Source: an uncultured Gemmataceae bacterium
Lineage (GTDB): Bacteria > Planctomycetota > Planctomycetia > Gemmatales > Gemmataceae
DNA: 64,000 nucleotides
Assembly: GCA_963750165.1 (NCBI GenBank)
Contig: CAVVPN010000003.1
Span: 3,008,001 to 3,072,000 of the forward strand
Direction of reading: 5' to 3'
In this document: piece by piece, positions 42,259-53,868 of the stretch
Position numbering within the stretch: position 1 is the stretch's first letter
How the letters are laid out: every line of letters starts with the position of its first letter
The notes under the pieces: model-generated
The model's database searches: none
Seen by the model: only the letters and a program-made list of their open reading frames with translations
What the model was told of the DNA's origin: nothing
Position numbers and translations under genes: made by a program

Positions 42259-43839
42259 ATGAACCAACCGCAAAGCGTCTCACCCTCCTGGTCCGCCAGG
42301 TTCTCTGAATTGCCGGAGGCCGTGCCCTTCCCCTTCCTGCTGCCGCCCGTCCAGCCCGACGAGATCGGCCGGCTGGGGAGTTTCCGCGTACTGAAGCTCC
42401 TGGGCCGCGGCGGCATGGGTTACGTCTTCCAGGCCGAAGACCTGACGCTGTGCCGGCCGGTTGCCCTGAAGGTGATGAACCCACAGCTGGGCACGGAACC
42501 CGGCGCCTGGCAGCGCTTCCTGCGTGAGGCCCGCGTGATGGCGGCCATCAAGCACGAGGCGCTCGTCACCGTGTACCAGGCCGCTCAGGAAGGCGGCGTG
42601 GTGTTCCTGGCGATGGAACTGCTGCAGGGGCAGACGTTGCAAGACTGGCTGGAGCGCGGCGAGCGGCCGGTGCTCGACGAAATCTACCGTCTGGCCAGCG
42701 AGATCGCCACGGGCCTGGCGGTCATCCACGACCACGGCCTGGTCCACCGCGACATCAAACCCGCCAACCTCTGGCTGGAGGCGCCGGCCGCGCACGTCAA
42801 GATTCTTGACTTCGGCCTGGCCCGCTTCGTCAGCGATGAGCCCGGCCTGACGCGCACCGGCACCGTCCTGGGCACGCCGTCGTTCATGTCACCCGAGCAG
42901 GCACGCGGCGAACCGGTCGATCTGCGGAGCGATCTGTTCAGCTTCGGCTGCGTCCTGTACTGCCTGTGTACGGGCGGCGACCCGTTCCCTGGCCGGACCA
43001 CGACGGCCGTGCTGACGGCGCTGGCCACGAGCCAGCCGCCGCCGGTCCATCAGGTCAACCCGGCCCTGCCGGCCGCCCTGTCGAATCTGGTGGCCCGGCT
43101 GCTGGCGAAGGACCCGCGTGATCGGCCCCCCTCGGCCGGGGAGGTGCTGGAGGAGTTGCGCGCCCTGGAACGCGGCCAGGCGCCGCCCCCCGTCGCCTCG
43201 GCTACACGCCGGATCAGGCCCCAGTGCGAACCGGAGTCCGCCGCCGGTGGACGGCACGGCTGGGCCTGGGCCGTGGCGCTGGTGGCGGCCGTGGCCTTTG
43301 CGGCGCCGCTTCTCTGGCACGTGCTGAACCGTCCCGTCAACCCCGCCGCGGCGCCGGAGGGGCCGGCGCCGGCGATCCCGGCGGTGGAGCAGGGCGCGAC
43401 GTACCTGACCGCCCTGAAGCCGAGCGGCCGCGAGAACTGGCCGTTCCTGCCGCCCACGCCGCCGGGGCTGCCGCCGCTCAAGGCCTACGGCAGCGGCCGG
43501 GTGCAGGGCAAGGTTGATCCGCACAGCATTTTCATGCACCCGCCGCCGGTCGGCGGTCCCGCCGTGCTGCAGTACGCACTCGGCAAGCAGTACAACCAGT
43601 TCCACGCCACAGTGAACCTGAACGACGGCCCCGCGGATGCCATGTCGAGCTGCGCGTTCGCAGTCCACGGCGACGGGCGGCTGCTCTGGCAATCGCGGCC
43701 GATCCGCTCCCAGGCAGACGGCCAGACCTGCTCGGTATCCGTGCGTGGCGTGGCCGATCTGCGGCTGGAGGTGCGCTGCCTGGGCAAGGATCCGCGCGGC
43801 CTGCACGCCATCTGGCTGGGGCCGCGCCTGACGAAATAA
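42259..43839 (+). CDS. Ser/Thr kinase with TM helix and C-terminal NPCBM-like carbohydrate-binding domain
   Basis: HRDIKPAN and DFGLAR; TM helix; 'FMHP...QYALG..Y..F...V.LND...VHGDG..LW.S...VRGV..LRL'. Confidence 0.9.
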   Translation: MNQPQSVSPSWSARFSELPEAVPFPFLLPPVQPDEIGRLGSFRVLKLLGRGGMGYVFQAEDLTLCRPVALKVMNPQLGTEPGAWQRFLREARVMAAIKHEALVTVYQAAQEGGVVFLAMELLQGQTLQDWLERGERPVLDEIYRLASEIATGLAVIHDHGLVHRDIKPANLWLEAPAAHVKILDFGLARFVSDEPGLTRTGTVLGTPSFMSPEQARGEPVDLRSDLFSFGCVLYCLCTGGDPFPGRTTTAVLTALATSQPPPVHQVNPALPAALSNLVARLLAKDPRDRPPSAGEVLEELRALERGQAPPPVASATRRIRPQCEPESAAGGRHGWAWAVALVAAVAFAAPLLWHVLNRPVNPAAAPEGPAPAIPAVEQGATYLTALKPSGRENWPFLPPTPPGLPPLKAYGSGRVQGKVDPHSIFMHPPPVGGPAVLQYALGKQYNQFHATVNLNDGPADAMSSCAFAVHGDGRLLWQSRPIRSQADGQTCSVSVRGVADLRLEVRCLGKDPRGLHAIWLGPRLTK

Positions 43840-43963
43840 CCGCCGCACGTGGGCTTGTCCCGGACGGCCCTTCGGGTAGACCAACGGGAAACCCGCGCCG
43901 GCGGCGAGCGTGTGCCCGTGGTCCGTTCTTCCCGCCGGCTCTGCGCTTCCGGGAGGATGTCCC

Positions 43964-44698
43964 ATGCGGTTGTCCCGTTCCGCGCTGCCGGCGCTCGTCT
44001 TGCTGACGCTGCTCCTCGTCCCCGCCACCCCCGCTCAGGAGGGAGGCAAATCCCCAAAGGCATTCATTGACGGCACCGGCCCCGGCTGGCGAGCGCTGGG
44101 GGAGGCCGACTTCGTCAACGTCAACTGCGACGCGAACACCTTCACGTGGAAGAAAGACGGCAGCGTCCACTGCACGGGCCTGCCGATCGGCGTCTGCCGG
44201 TCGGTGAAGCAATACACCAATTTCGAGCTGGTCGCGGAGTGGCGGCACCTCAAAAGTGGCGGCAACTCGGGCATTTTCGTCTGGGCGCCGGCGGCGGGTT
44301 TGAAGGACCTCAAACCCGGCAAGCTGCCGCGCGGCGGTATTGAGGTGCAGGTGCTGGACCACGGCTACACCGAGCAGTACGAGAAGCGCAGCAAGAAGAA
44401 GGCGGACTGGTTCACGACCCACGGCGACGTGTTTCCGGTCGGCACGTCAAAGATGAAGCCGTTCGCTCCGACCTCGCCGGACGGCAGCCGCAGTTTTCCG
44501 CGCAAGAACCTGAGCAAGGGCATTAACGCATGGAACCACTACTACGTCCGCGCCATCAACGGCGAGATTCGGTTGTGGGTGAATGGCGAGGAGGTGTCCG
44601 GCGGCAATCACGCCGAGCCGCGGTCGGGGTTCCTGTGCCTGGAGTCAGAGGGGGCACCGATCGATTTCCGCAACCTGCGCATCCGCGAGTTGCCGTGA
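43964..44698 (+). CDS. DUF1080 (3-keto-disaccharide hydrolase-like) secreted protein
   Basis: YTNFEL..EW, GNSG, EVQVLD, WNHY and LESEG..I.FRN motifs. Confidence 0.9.
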   Translation: MRLSRSALPALVLLTLLLVPATPAQEGGKSPKAFIDGTGPGWRALGEADFVNVNCDANTFTWKKDGSVHCTGLPIGVCRSVKQYTNFELVAEWRHLKSGGNSGIFVWAPAAGLKDLKPGKLPRGGIEVQVLDHGYTEQYEKRSKKKADWFTTHGDVFPVGTSKMKPFAPTSPDGSRSFPRKNLSKGINAWNHYYVRAINGEIRLWVNGEEVSGGNHAEPRSGFLCLESEGAPIDFRNLRIRELP

Positions 44699-44761
44699 GA
44701 CCGGGACATTTCGGATAATAAGGGTGGGGATTCGGCACACAAGCCGCGCCGGCGATTGCTG

Positions 44762-46039
<1,278 letters not shown>

Positions 46040-46152
46040 CGGGCAGTCCTCGGCCGGGGAAACGGTTCGAGGAGTCAATATAGCTCATCCGGCCAGCCGC
46101 AGGAATCGGTCAGAGGCGCTCCTTGCTTCCGAACGCACCAAGGGATCAACCT

Positions 46153-46407
46153 TGCTTCGTAGAAAACCTCGGAATCAGTTGAGTTAGAGCGGTTCGCGTT
46201 TGGGTAGCGCACAAGTCGTGGGACGGCTCTCCAGAGCCGTCAGCGTTCTCCCGACGGCTCTGGAGAGCCGTCCCACGACTTGTAGTCCACGCGACTGGGA
46301 ACCGCTCTAGGCGAGCGGCGCGGCGTCAGCCCGCCGGTCCTGTGCCTGGTCTGACGCAGCACCGGCGGCCTGACGCCGCGCCGCTCGCCCAGGTTTTCTA
46401 CGGAGCG
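46153..46407. mobile_element. Composite MITE: 17-bp TIRs and 9-bp target duplication, containing a TA-ended MITE and two REP doublets
   Basis: GATCAACCT|TGCTTCGTAGAAAACCT...AGGTTTTCTACGGAGCG|GATCAACCT; inner TAGAGCGGTTC...GAACCGCTCTA at 46185-46309; REP at 46310-46389. Confidence 0.8.
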
Positions 46408-46537
46408 GATCAACCTCCGATAAAGTAAAGGGCATTCATGACGGCCCGACCCGGGGCACGGGAGTTGCTAACCACCGTGCGGCGATATAGCGTAAACGAT
46501 GCCCGCCGGAACGGCAGGGCGAAAGGCGCGGGCACTC

Positions 46538-48832
46538 ATGGTGGAACGCCGGGCGATCACGGTGCAGGGAATCGTGCAGGGCGTCGGCTTTCGGCCGCTC
46601 GTCCACGGCCTCGCCGTGCGGCTGCAGCTCCGCGGCTTCGTCACCAACCAGGCCGGCAGCGTGCTCATCGAGGTCGAGGGCGACCCGCCGTCCCTGGACT
46701 GCTTCCTCGCCGAACTCACCGACCACCCGCCGCCGCTGGCCCACATCGAACGCCTGTCCTGGGAGCCGCGACCACCGCGCGGCGACCATACCTTCCGCAT
46801 CGAGGCCAGCCAGGCCCAGCCCGACCCCGCGGCCGTCTTTGTCTCACCGGACGTGGCCACCTGTGACGACTGCCTCGCGGAACTGTTCGACCCGCACGAC
46901 CGCCGCCACGGCTATCCCTTCCTGAACTGCACCAACTGTGGCCCCCGGCTGACCATCATTCAGGGCGCTCCCTACGACCGCGAACGCACCACCATGTCGG
47001 CGTTCCCGATGTGCGCTGCCTGCCGGGCCGAGTATGACGATCCCAGCAACCGCCGCTTCCACGCCCAGCCGACCTGTTGCCCCGCGTGTGGGCCGCGCCT
47101 CCGGTTGCGCAACGCCGTTGGGGAACCCATCGCAACCGACGACCCACTGGCCCGGTTCGCCGCTGCGTTGCGGGCGGGACGGATCGGCGCCCTGAAGGGC
47201 CTGGGCGGCTATCACCTAGCCTGTGACGCCCGCAGCGCGGTGGCAGTCGGCGAACTGCGGCGGCGGAAGCATCGGGACGAAAAACCCTTCGCCGTCATGG
47301 TCGCCGACCTCGCCGCGGCCCGGAAACTCTGCGACGTGTCCCCCGCCGAGGAAGCACTGCTCCGCTCCCCGCGCCGGCCCATCGTGCTGCTGCGCCGCGT
47401 CGGCACCATCGCGGAGGGCATCGCGCCGCGCAACCCTTACCTCGGCGTTCTGCTGCCTTACACGCCGCTGCACCATCTGCTGATGCGGGCCGTCGGCGAC
47501 ATGCCGCTCGTGCTGACCAGCGGCAACCGCTCCGACGAGCCCATCGCCTACGACGACGCGGACGCGCTGGAGCGCCTGGCCGGCAGCGCCGATGTGTTTC
47601 TGACGCACGACCGGCCCATTCACGTCCGCTGCGATGATTCGGTGACGCGCGTCGTGGACGGCGTGGAGTTGCCGCTGCGGCGCTCGCGCGGCTACGCCCC
47701 GCAGCCAATCGCCCTGCCGCTGGAGTGCCGGCAACCCATCCTGGCGGTCGGCGGCCAGTTCAAGGGCGCCTTCGCCGTCGGCCGCGGCCGGCACGCCTTC
47801 CTCAGTCACCACCTGGGCGACCTCGACCACTACGACGCTTACCGCGCCTTCGTGAAGGATGTCACGTTGTACGAACAACTCTTCGCCAGCAAGCCGCAAT
47901 TACTGGCGCATGATTTGCATCCGGATTATGCGTCTACCCGCCATGCCCAGGAGCGTGCCGCGACCGAGGGCCTGACCTTGCTGGCCGTCCAGCACCATCA
48001 CGCCCATCTGGCGAGCTGCATGGCCGAGCACGGGCTGACGGAGCCGGTCCTCGGCGTGACCTTCGACGGCACCGGCTACGGCACGGACGGCGCCATCTGG
48101 GGCGGCGAGTTTTTGGTCGGCGATTACCGGCAGGTTCGGCGCGCCGCCCACCTGCGCTACGTCGGTTTGCCTGGCGGTGACCGGGCCGTCCGCGAGCCCT
48201 GGCGCGTGGCCCTGGCCCAGCTGCTCGACGCCGGGGAGGGTTCCGACATCCTGGAGAGACGGCTGCCGCGCTCCGCTCTGCGCACGGTGGAGAAGATGCT
48301 TTCCCGCGGCTTCAACACGCCGTTGACTTCCAGCGCGGGCAGGCTTTTTGATGCAGTCGCGGCCCTCGCCGGGGTCCGCGATCAGGTGAGCTACGAAGGC
48401 CAGGCTGCGGTGGAACTGGAGTGGCTGGCGACGGACGTGCCTCCTGACGGGGCCTATCCTTTTGACCTGACCCAGGGCGGGCAGGACGACAGCACGCAAC
48501 CCCTGAACATCGACACCCGTCCGCTCATCCGGGCGGTGGTGGGCGACGTGCGCTGCCGAGTCCCGGCCGGGCTCGTCGCGCGGCGCTTCCATACAACGCT
48601 GGTGGAACTCATTGCCGCCGTCTGCGATCAACTGCGGCGGGCGACCGGGCTGGACGCGGTGGTGCTGAGCGGCGGCGTCTTCCTGAATGCGCTGCTCACG
48701 CGCGAGGTAGCGGGTCGCCTGAACCGGGACGGGTTCCGCGTGTACCGCCACCGGCTGGTGCCGCCCAATGACGGCGGCCTGAGCCTGGGACAGCTGGCCG
48801 TCGCCGCAGCAACAGAGTCTCTTCGTTCGTAG
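46538..48832 (+). CDS. hypF: Hydrogenase maturation carbamoyltransferase
   Basis: VQGVGFRP, two CxxC zinc-finger pairs, KGLGG, QHHHAH, DGTGYG and NDGG motifs. Confidence 0.97.
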   Translation: MVERRAITVQGIVQGVGFRPLVHGLAVRLQLRGFVTNQAGSVLIEVEGDPPSLDCFLAELTDHPPPLAHIERLSWEPRPPRGDHTFRIEASQAQPDPAAVFVSPDVATCDDCLAELFDPHDRRHGYPFLNCTNCGPRLTIIQGAPYDRERTTMSAFPMCAACRAEYDDPSNRRFHAQPTCCPACGPRLRLRNAVGEPIATDDPLARFAAALRAGRIGALKGLGGYHLACDARSAVAVGELRRRKHRDEKPFAVMVADLAAARKLCDVSPAEEALLRSPRRPIVLLRRVGTIAEGIAPRNPYLGVLLPYTPLHHLLMRAVGDMPLVLTSGNRSDEPIAYDDADALERLAGSADVFLTHDRPIHVRCDDSVTRVVDGVELPLRRSRGYAPQPIALPLECRQPILAVGGQFKGAFAVGRGRHAFLSHHLGDLDHYDAYRAFVKDVTLYEQLFASKPQLLAHDLHPDYASTRHAQERAATEGLTLLAVQHHHAHLASCMAEHGLTEPVLGVTFDGTGYGTDGAIWGGEFLVGDYRQVRRAAHLRYVGLPGGDRAVREPWRVALAQLLDAGEGSDILERRLPRSALRTVEKMLSRGFNTPLTSSAGRLFDAVAALAGVRDQVSYEGQAAVELEWLATDVPPDGAYPFDLTQGGQDDSTQPLNIDTRPLIRAVVGDVRCRVPAGLVARRFHTTLVELIAAVCDQLRRATGLDAVVLSGGVFLNALLTREVAGRLNRDGFRVYRHRLVPPNDGGLSLGQLAVAAATESLRS

Positions 48833-48889
48833 TCCCGCCTTCAGGCGGCATTCGGCGAAGACCGCCTGAAGGCGGAACTACGAACGAAG
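48821..48889. repeat. REP doublet that supplies the hypF stop codon
   Basis: 69-bp inverted CTTCGTTCGTAG...CTACGAACGAAG. Confidence 0.85.
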
Positions 48890-48902
48890 ACAGGAGCTAA
48901 CA

Positions 48903-49172
48903 ATGTGCCTCGGGATACCGGGCCGGGTGGTGGAGACCAACCGCGAGCATGACGTGCTGATGGGCAAGGTCGATTTCAGCGGCGTCTGCAAGCGCGTCTG
49001 CCTGGAGCATGTGCCGGAGGTGCGGCCCGGCGATTACGTCCTGGTCCACGTCGGCTTCGCCCTGTCGCGCATCGACGAGGACGAGGCCCGGCGCGTGTTT
49101 GAGTTTTTGGAGCAGATGAACCAGCTCGACGAACTGCAGGCGCCCGCCGCCGCGGACCCGGGAACGGATTGA
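48903..49172 (+). CDS. hypC: Hydrogenase maturation chaperone
   Basis: MCLGIPG and GDYVLVHVGFA motifs. Confidence 0.97.
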   Translation: MCLGIPGRVVETNREHDVLMGKVDFSGVCKRVCLEHVPEVRPGDYVLVHVGFALSRIDEDEARRVFEFLEQMNQLDELQAPAAADPGTD

Positions 49173-49175
49173 CCC

Positions 49176-50279
49176 ATGAAATTCGTCGATGAATACCGGG
49201 ACAGCGCCGCCGCCGTCCAGTTAACCGCGGCCATCGCCGCCAGCGTGACGCGGCCGTGGACGCTCATGGAAGTCTGCGGCGGTCAGACGCACACCATCGT
49301 CAAGTATGGCATCGACAAGCTGCTGCCGCCCGGCCTTGAACTGGTCCACGGCCCCGGCTGTCCAGTGTGCGTCACGGCGCTGGAGACCATCGACCGCGCC
49401 CACGCCATTGCGTCGCGGCCCGGGGTGATGTTTTGCTCGTTCGGCGACATGCTGCGTGTGCCTGGCTCGCGCGGCGACCTGCTCCAGGTCAAGGCCCAGG
49501 GCGGCGACGTGCGTGTCGTCTATTCGCCACTGGACGCGGTGAATCTGGCCGCGGCCAACCCAGGCCGGCAGGTGGTGTTCTTCGCCATCGGCTTCGAGAC
49601 GACGGCGCCGCCCAACGCGATGGCCGTCTGGCTGGCCCGCAAACGGCGGCTGACGAACTTCAGCGTGCTGGTGTCGCACGTCCTGGTACCGCCGACGATG
49701 ACCGCCCTGCTGGAAGCGCCGGACAACCGTGTGCAGGGTTTTCTGGGGCCGGGCCACGTCTGCACGGTCATGGGCACCGGCGAGTATGAGCCGATTGCCC
49801 GCCGCTACCGCGTGCCCATCGTCGTCACGGGCTTCGAGCCGCTCGACCTGCTGGAAGGCATCCTGCGCACGGTGCGGCAGCTGGAGGCGGGCCGGGCGGA
49901 GGTGGAGAACCAGTACGGCCGGGCCGTCCGTCCCGAGGGCAATCCACAGTCGCGGCAGTTGATCGAGGACGTGTTCGAGGTCTGCGACCGCAAGTGGCGC
50001 GGCGTCGGTTTGATCCCGGCAAGCGGCTATCGGTTGCGCGACGCCTACCGCGATTTCGACGCCGAGGTGCGCTTCGCCGTGGACGCCATCGAGACACATG
50101 AGTCGGCGGAATGCATCAGCGGCCAGATCCTGCGTGGACTGAAGAAGCCGCACGACTGCCCGGCGTTCGGCAAGGAGTGTACGCCGCAGTCGCCGCTGGG
50201 CGCGACGATGGTGTCGTCCGAGGGGGCGTGTGCCGCGTACTACGCCTACGGGCGCCACCTGGAACTCGTGACAAGATGA
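49176..50279 (+). CDS. hypD: Hydrogenase maturation protein
   Basis: [21 protein letters not shown] and MVSSEGAC motifs. Confidence 0.97.
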   Translation: MKFVDEYRDSAAAVQLTAAIAASVTRPWTLMEVCGGQTHTIVKYGIDKLLPPGLELVHGPGCPVCVTALETIDRAHAIASRPGVMFCSFGDMLRVPGSRGDLLQVKAQGGDVRVVYSPLDAVNLAAANPGRQVVFFAIGFETTAPPNAMAVWLARKRRLTNFSVLVSHVLVPPTMTALLEAPDNRVQGFLGPGHVCTVMGTGEYEPIARRYRVPIVVTGFEPLDLLEGILRTVRQLEAGRAEVENQYGRAVRPEGNPQSRQLIEDVFEVCDRKWRGVGLIPASGYRLRDAYRDFDAEVRFAVDAIETHESAECISGQILRGLKKPHDCPAFGKECTPQSPLGATMVSSEGACAAYYAYGRHLELVTR

Positions 50280-50316
50280 CAAGGTGAGCGGTTGAGCCAA
50301 CCGAGGGAAGGGGCAC

Positions 50317-50817
50317 ATGGACTTCGGCGGTGGTATCTGCTTTCTCTTCCTGATTGTGTCCATAAGTGTGGGACTGGTGTTGTGGATAGCTTTTTGGATT
50401 GTCCAGGGATTCCGTTCAAGGCTCTCGCGAAAGAGGTGGGGTTGGGGCAGTTGGCTGGTAGCCGGATTGATCTTGGCGTTGATGGTGCTGTTCCCGCCAC
50501 TCCGCCGAGCGGGTGATTGGATCGAGCCAGATACGGCAAGCCCCATCCCGTCAGGGACAGCCGAGAGGGTCGATCGCTGGTTCTTCGGTTACATACCACG
50601 GTACGGCTGGATCGGAGAAATTGGAAGTATGGAAGAAACCATACCCAGTACCGTGAAATTAGAAGAGCAAGGACCGTATTGGTGCTCAAGTTTCCGGTGG
50701 GTAGTGGACTGGTTGTATGTGGGCGGTGAAGCCCTGGTGTTCGCGATTTTATTCTTACCTTTCCTGTTGTTACAGCGTGGAACGCAAGATAGATCATCCA
50801 GCTCAAGGAGACCGTGA
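50317..50817 (+). CDS. Hypothetical 3-TM membrane protein with atypical (AT-richer) composition
   Basis: ORF with RBS and three hydrophobic segments; codon usage differs visibly from the flanking hyp genes. Confidence 0.6.
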   Translation: MDFGGGICFLFLIVSISVGLVLWIAFWIVQGFRSRLSRKRWGWGSWLVAGLILALMVLFPPLRRAGDWIEPDTASPIPSGTAERVDRWFFGYIPRYGWIGEIGSMEETIPSTVKLEEQGPYWCSSFRWVVDWLYVGGEALVFAILFLPFLLLQRGTQDRSSSSRRP

Positions 50818-50823
50818 TCTCAG

Positions 50824-51909
50824 ATGAATTCCCCAGACATAACTTCTGGGAATCTGCTCGGCACCTGTCCGTTGCCGCGGTCGCAATACGACCACATCCT
50901 GCTCGGCCACGGCAGTGGCGGCCGGCTGACCGCCGACCTCATTCAGCGCGTTTTCGTGCCGGCCTTCGGCAACGACGTGCTGGCGGCTCTGGAAGATCAG
51001 GCGACCGTCTCGCTGGACGGCAGCAACGGCATCAAGGCCCCGCGCCTGGCGATCACGACGGATGCGTTCGTGGTCCGCCCACTCTTTTTTCCCGGGGGCG
51101 ACATCGGCAGTCTGGCGGTCCACGGCACGGTCAACGATCTGGCCGTCGGCGGCGCCGTGCCCAAATACCTCGCCGCGGCGTTCATCCTCGAAGAGGGTTT
51201 GGCCCTGAACGACCTGAAGCGCATCGTCGCGTCGATGCGTGCGGCCTGCGACGAGGCGGGTGTGGCTTTGGTGACGGGTGACACCAAGGTGGTGGACCGC
51301 GGCAAGGGCGACCAGGTATTCATCACCACCACCGGCGTTGGCCTGGTGCCGGAGGGCCGCTGCCTGTCGATCCACAACGCCCGGCCCGGCGACCGTGTCC
51401 TCATCTCCGGCACCCTTGGTGATCACGGAATCGCCATCATGTCGCTGCGCGAGGGCATCGAATTTGAAACGGTGCTGGAGAGCGACACCGCGCCGCTGAC
51501 CGGGCTGACCGAGACGATGCTGGCGGCCTGTCCGTCGATCCGCTGCATGCGTGACCCGACGCGCGGCGGCCTGTCGAGTGCGGTCAACGAGCTGGCGGTG
51601 GCGTCGCGGGTCGGCGTCCGGCTCACCGAGGCGGCGCTGCCGATCCGGCGTGAGGTTCACGCCGCCTGTGAGATGCTCGGGCTCGACCCGCTGTACGTCG
51701 CCAACGAGGGCAAGCTGATCGCCGTGGTGCCGCCGGAGGACGCCGACCGGCTGCTAGCGGTGATGCGCCGCCACCCGCTGGGGCGTGACGCGGCGGTCAT
51801 CGGGGAAGTCGTGGCGGAGCACCCGGGGTTGGTGATACAGCGGTCGGTGGTGGGCGGCGACCGGGTCGTCACGCTGCTGGCCGGTGAGCAGCTACCGCGG
51901 ATCTGCTAA
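50824..51909 (+). CDS. hypE: Hydrogenase maturation carbamoyl dehydratase
   Basis: HGSGG, GTVNDL, GDTKVV, RDPTRGG motifs and terminal PRIC. Confidence 0.97.
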   Translation: MNSPDITSGNLLGTCPLPRSQYDHILLGHGSGGRLTADLIQRVFVPAFGNDVLAALEDQATVSLDGSNGIKAPRLAITTDAFVVRPLFFPGGDIGSLAVHGTVNDLAVGGAVPKYLAAAFILEEGLALNDLKRIVASMRAACDEAGVALVTGDTKVVDRGKGDQVFITTTGVGLVPEGRCLSIHNARPGDRVLISGTLGDHGIAIMSLREGIEFETVLESDTAPLTGLTETMLAACPSIRCMRDPTRGGLSSAVNELAVASRVGVRLTEAALPIRREVHAACEMLGLDPLYVANEGKLIAVVPPEDADRLLAVMRRHPLGRDAAVIGEVVAEHPGLVIQRSVVGGDRVVTLLAGEQLPRIC

Positions 51910-52017
51910 CCGGTAGGAGCCGCTCCGCCCTGGCGCGAAAAAAGGCCGGGCCGCCCCGGGAGCATTCCCAGAACGGCCCGGACCCGCTTGACTGGATGCG
52001 GTTGGCGGCGCCGGCGC

Positions 52018-53868
52018 TCACGAGCCGGGGCCAGAGGCGGTGGCGTCGAGGAAGTCGTAGTTGATGCCGTTGTCGCCGCCGTTCAGCACGACGTTGACGA
52101 AGCCGTTGTCCACCAGCGAGCCGTCCTGCGCGCCGTTGTCCGTGCCGAGGGTGGCGCTCTCGACGAAGAAATTCGCCGGCGGCGTCTGGGTGATGCTGTA
52201 CGTACCCGCCAGCAGGTACGTCTGCGTCCCGAAACTGTAGTAGCCGTTGATGTCGGTGGTCGTGGTCAGGGTGACCGTTTGGCCGGCGGTGGTGGTGCCG
52301 GTCAGCGTCACGGTCACGCCGGCCAGCGGGGTGGCCAGCACGCCGGGGCCGTTGTCCAGCTGCACGAAGCCCGACACGGTGGCCAGCTGGCTGGCGGGCA
52401 GGCCGGGGTAGGTGTAGTTGTAGCTCGCCTGGCCGCAGTCGCCGCCGGACTTGTTCTGGTCGCCGTCGTGGACGATGACGTAGAAGCGGTAGCTGTGGCC
52501 CGGCAGCAACACGCCCGCGTTGTACAGGGCGGTCAGGTTCCAGCGCACCTCCGTGCCGTAACCCTCGTTGGTGGTGCCGGCCGGCGGGGCGTCGGCGCCG
52601 GCACCCAGGTTCCAGCTGTTCGTGGCGGGGTCGGCGTCGCAGGTCACCGTCGTCGTGTTGTTGGTGTAATTGACCGTCTTGACGACGCCTTTCCAGGTGC
52701 CGAACACCTGGCTGGGGGCGTAGGCGGAGCCGCCGGACTGCCAGTCGCCGCTGCGGCTGTTCGGGTTGCCGGTGGTGTCCGTGATGTACAGCGACGGCGC
52801 GATCAGCCGGCCGGACGGGTCGATGCCCGCCTGGTCGCCCGTGGTCGCGGTCGTGCCGATCTGCGGGTTGGTGGCCGAACCGGGGTTCGCGGTCAGGGCG
52901 GTGAGCGGGTAGTTGGTGGTGGTGGTGCCGCTGGACGTGATGACGTTCACCTGGCGGACGCCGAGCGCCATGGCGTGCTCGTCGCTGTACCAGAGGTCGA
53001 AGTAGCCGTTGGTCGCGTCCAGGTTGGCGGCCCGCAGCACCGTGCTCTCGTTGAAGGCCACGCTGGTGAGCGGGTTGCTGCTCGGATACGGGTAGTCCTG
53101 CAGGCCGTCGCCGAGCGTCGGCGTCACGTGGGCGCTGGGGCTGCCCGGGCCGCCGGTGTAGCCGGTGTAGTTGTTGCCGCCGGGGCCGCCGGTGATGCCG
53201 GTGCCGGTGCCGCCGGCGACGACGGCGGCCTTGAACGTCTCCGGGGTGCCGGCCTTGTCGGAGTTGGGCGGGGTGCCAGGCGGGGCGTTGTCCGCCGGCT
53301 TGACGGCCAGGCTGTTGGGGTCGGTGCCGAGGCTGGTGTAGACGGCCGCGCCCCAGGACCAGTTGACGTTCAGGTTGGCCGTGTCGCTCCAGAAACTGGC
53401 CGACCAGGTGACGTTCTTGATGTTGCCCGGCAGGGCGGCCGTCACGGGCAGCGCCACCCCGCCCAGGAACACGTTGCCGGTGCCGCCGGTCGGCACGCTG
53501 ACGTCCCAGTCGTTGTCGGTCGGGTCGTACGAGGCCGACTCGGACGTGGCCCCCTGGGTGAAGACGATGTCGCCGTTGGGCACCGACACGCTGTACGGGG
53601 TGCCGTTGGCGGTGAAACTGATCACGCCGTTCTCCACGTGGAGTTCCGCCGAGGTGGTACCGGGCGGCAGGCCGCCGACCTGGCCGACGGCGCTGAACCA
53701 GAGGGTGTCGCCGGCCGGGATGGCGTTGCCTTTGAAGTTCTGGGCGAGCGAGGAGGACGCGGAGGGCACCGCGCGGTCCTCGAGCACGTCGAGGGCCGGT
53801 CGGTAGCGGTTGGTGGTGGGTCGGGTGGGCGGCCGGAGGGAATTGCGGAGGCGGGTGAGCCAGTTCAT
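52018..53868 (-). CDS. Extracellular beta-rich Thr/Gly/Asn protein with planctomycete leader and C-terminal SdrD-B/Cna-like domain
   Basis: 'RPALDVLEDRAVPS' leader; 'SGFV..D......LAGVTVTLTG........TTTD.NGYYSF....AGTYSITQT.P'. Confidence 0.8.
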   Translation of the reverse strand: MNWLTRLRNSLRPPTRPTTNRYRPALDVLEDRAVPSASSSLAQNFKGNAIPAGDTLWFSAVGQVGGLPPGTTSAELHVENGVISFTANGTPYSVSVPNGDIVFTQGATSESASYDPTDNDWDVSVPTGGTGNVFLGGVALPVTAALPGNIKNVTWSASFWSDTANLNVNWSWGAAVYTSLGTDPNSLAVKPADNAPPGTPPNSDKAGTPETFKAAVVAGGTGTGITGGPGGNNYTGYTGGPGSPSAHVTPTLGDGLQDYPYPSSNPLTSVAFNESTVLRAANLDATNGYFDLWYSDEHAMALGVRQVNVITSSGTTTTNYPLTALTANPGSATNPQIGTTATTGDQAGIDPSGRLIAPSLYITDTTGNPNSRSGDWQSGGSAYAPSQVFGTWKGVVKTVNYTNNTTTVTCDADPATNSWNLGAGADAPPAGTTNEGYGTEVRWNLTALYNAGVLLPGHSYRFYVIVHDGDQNKSGGDCGQASYNYTYPGLPASQLATVSGFVQLDNGPGVLATPLAGVTVTLTGTTTAGQTVTLTTTTDINGYYSFGTQTYLLAGTYSITQTPPANFFVESATLGTDNGAQDGSLVDNGFVNVVLNGGDNGINYDFLDATASGPGS

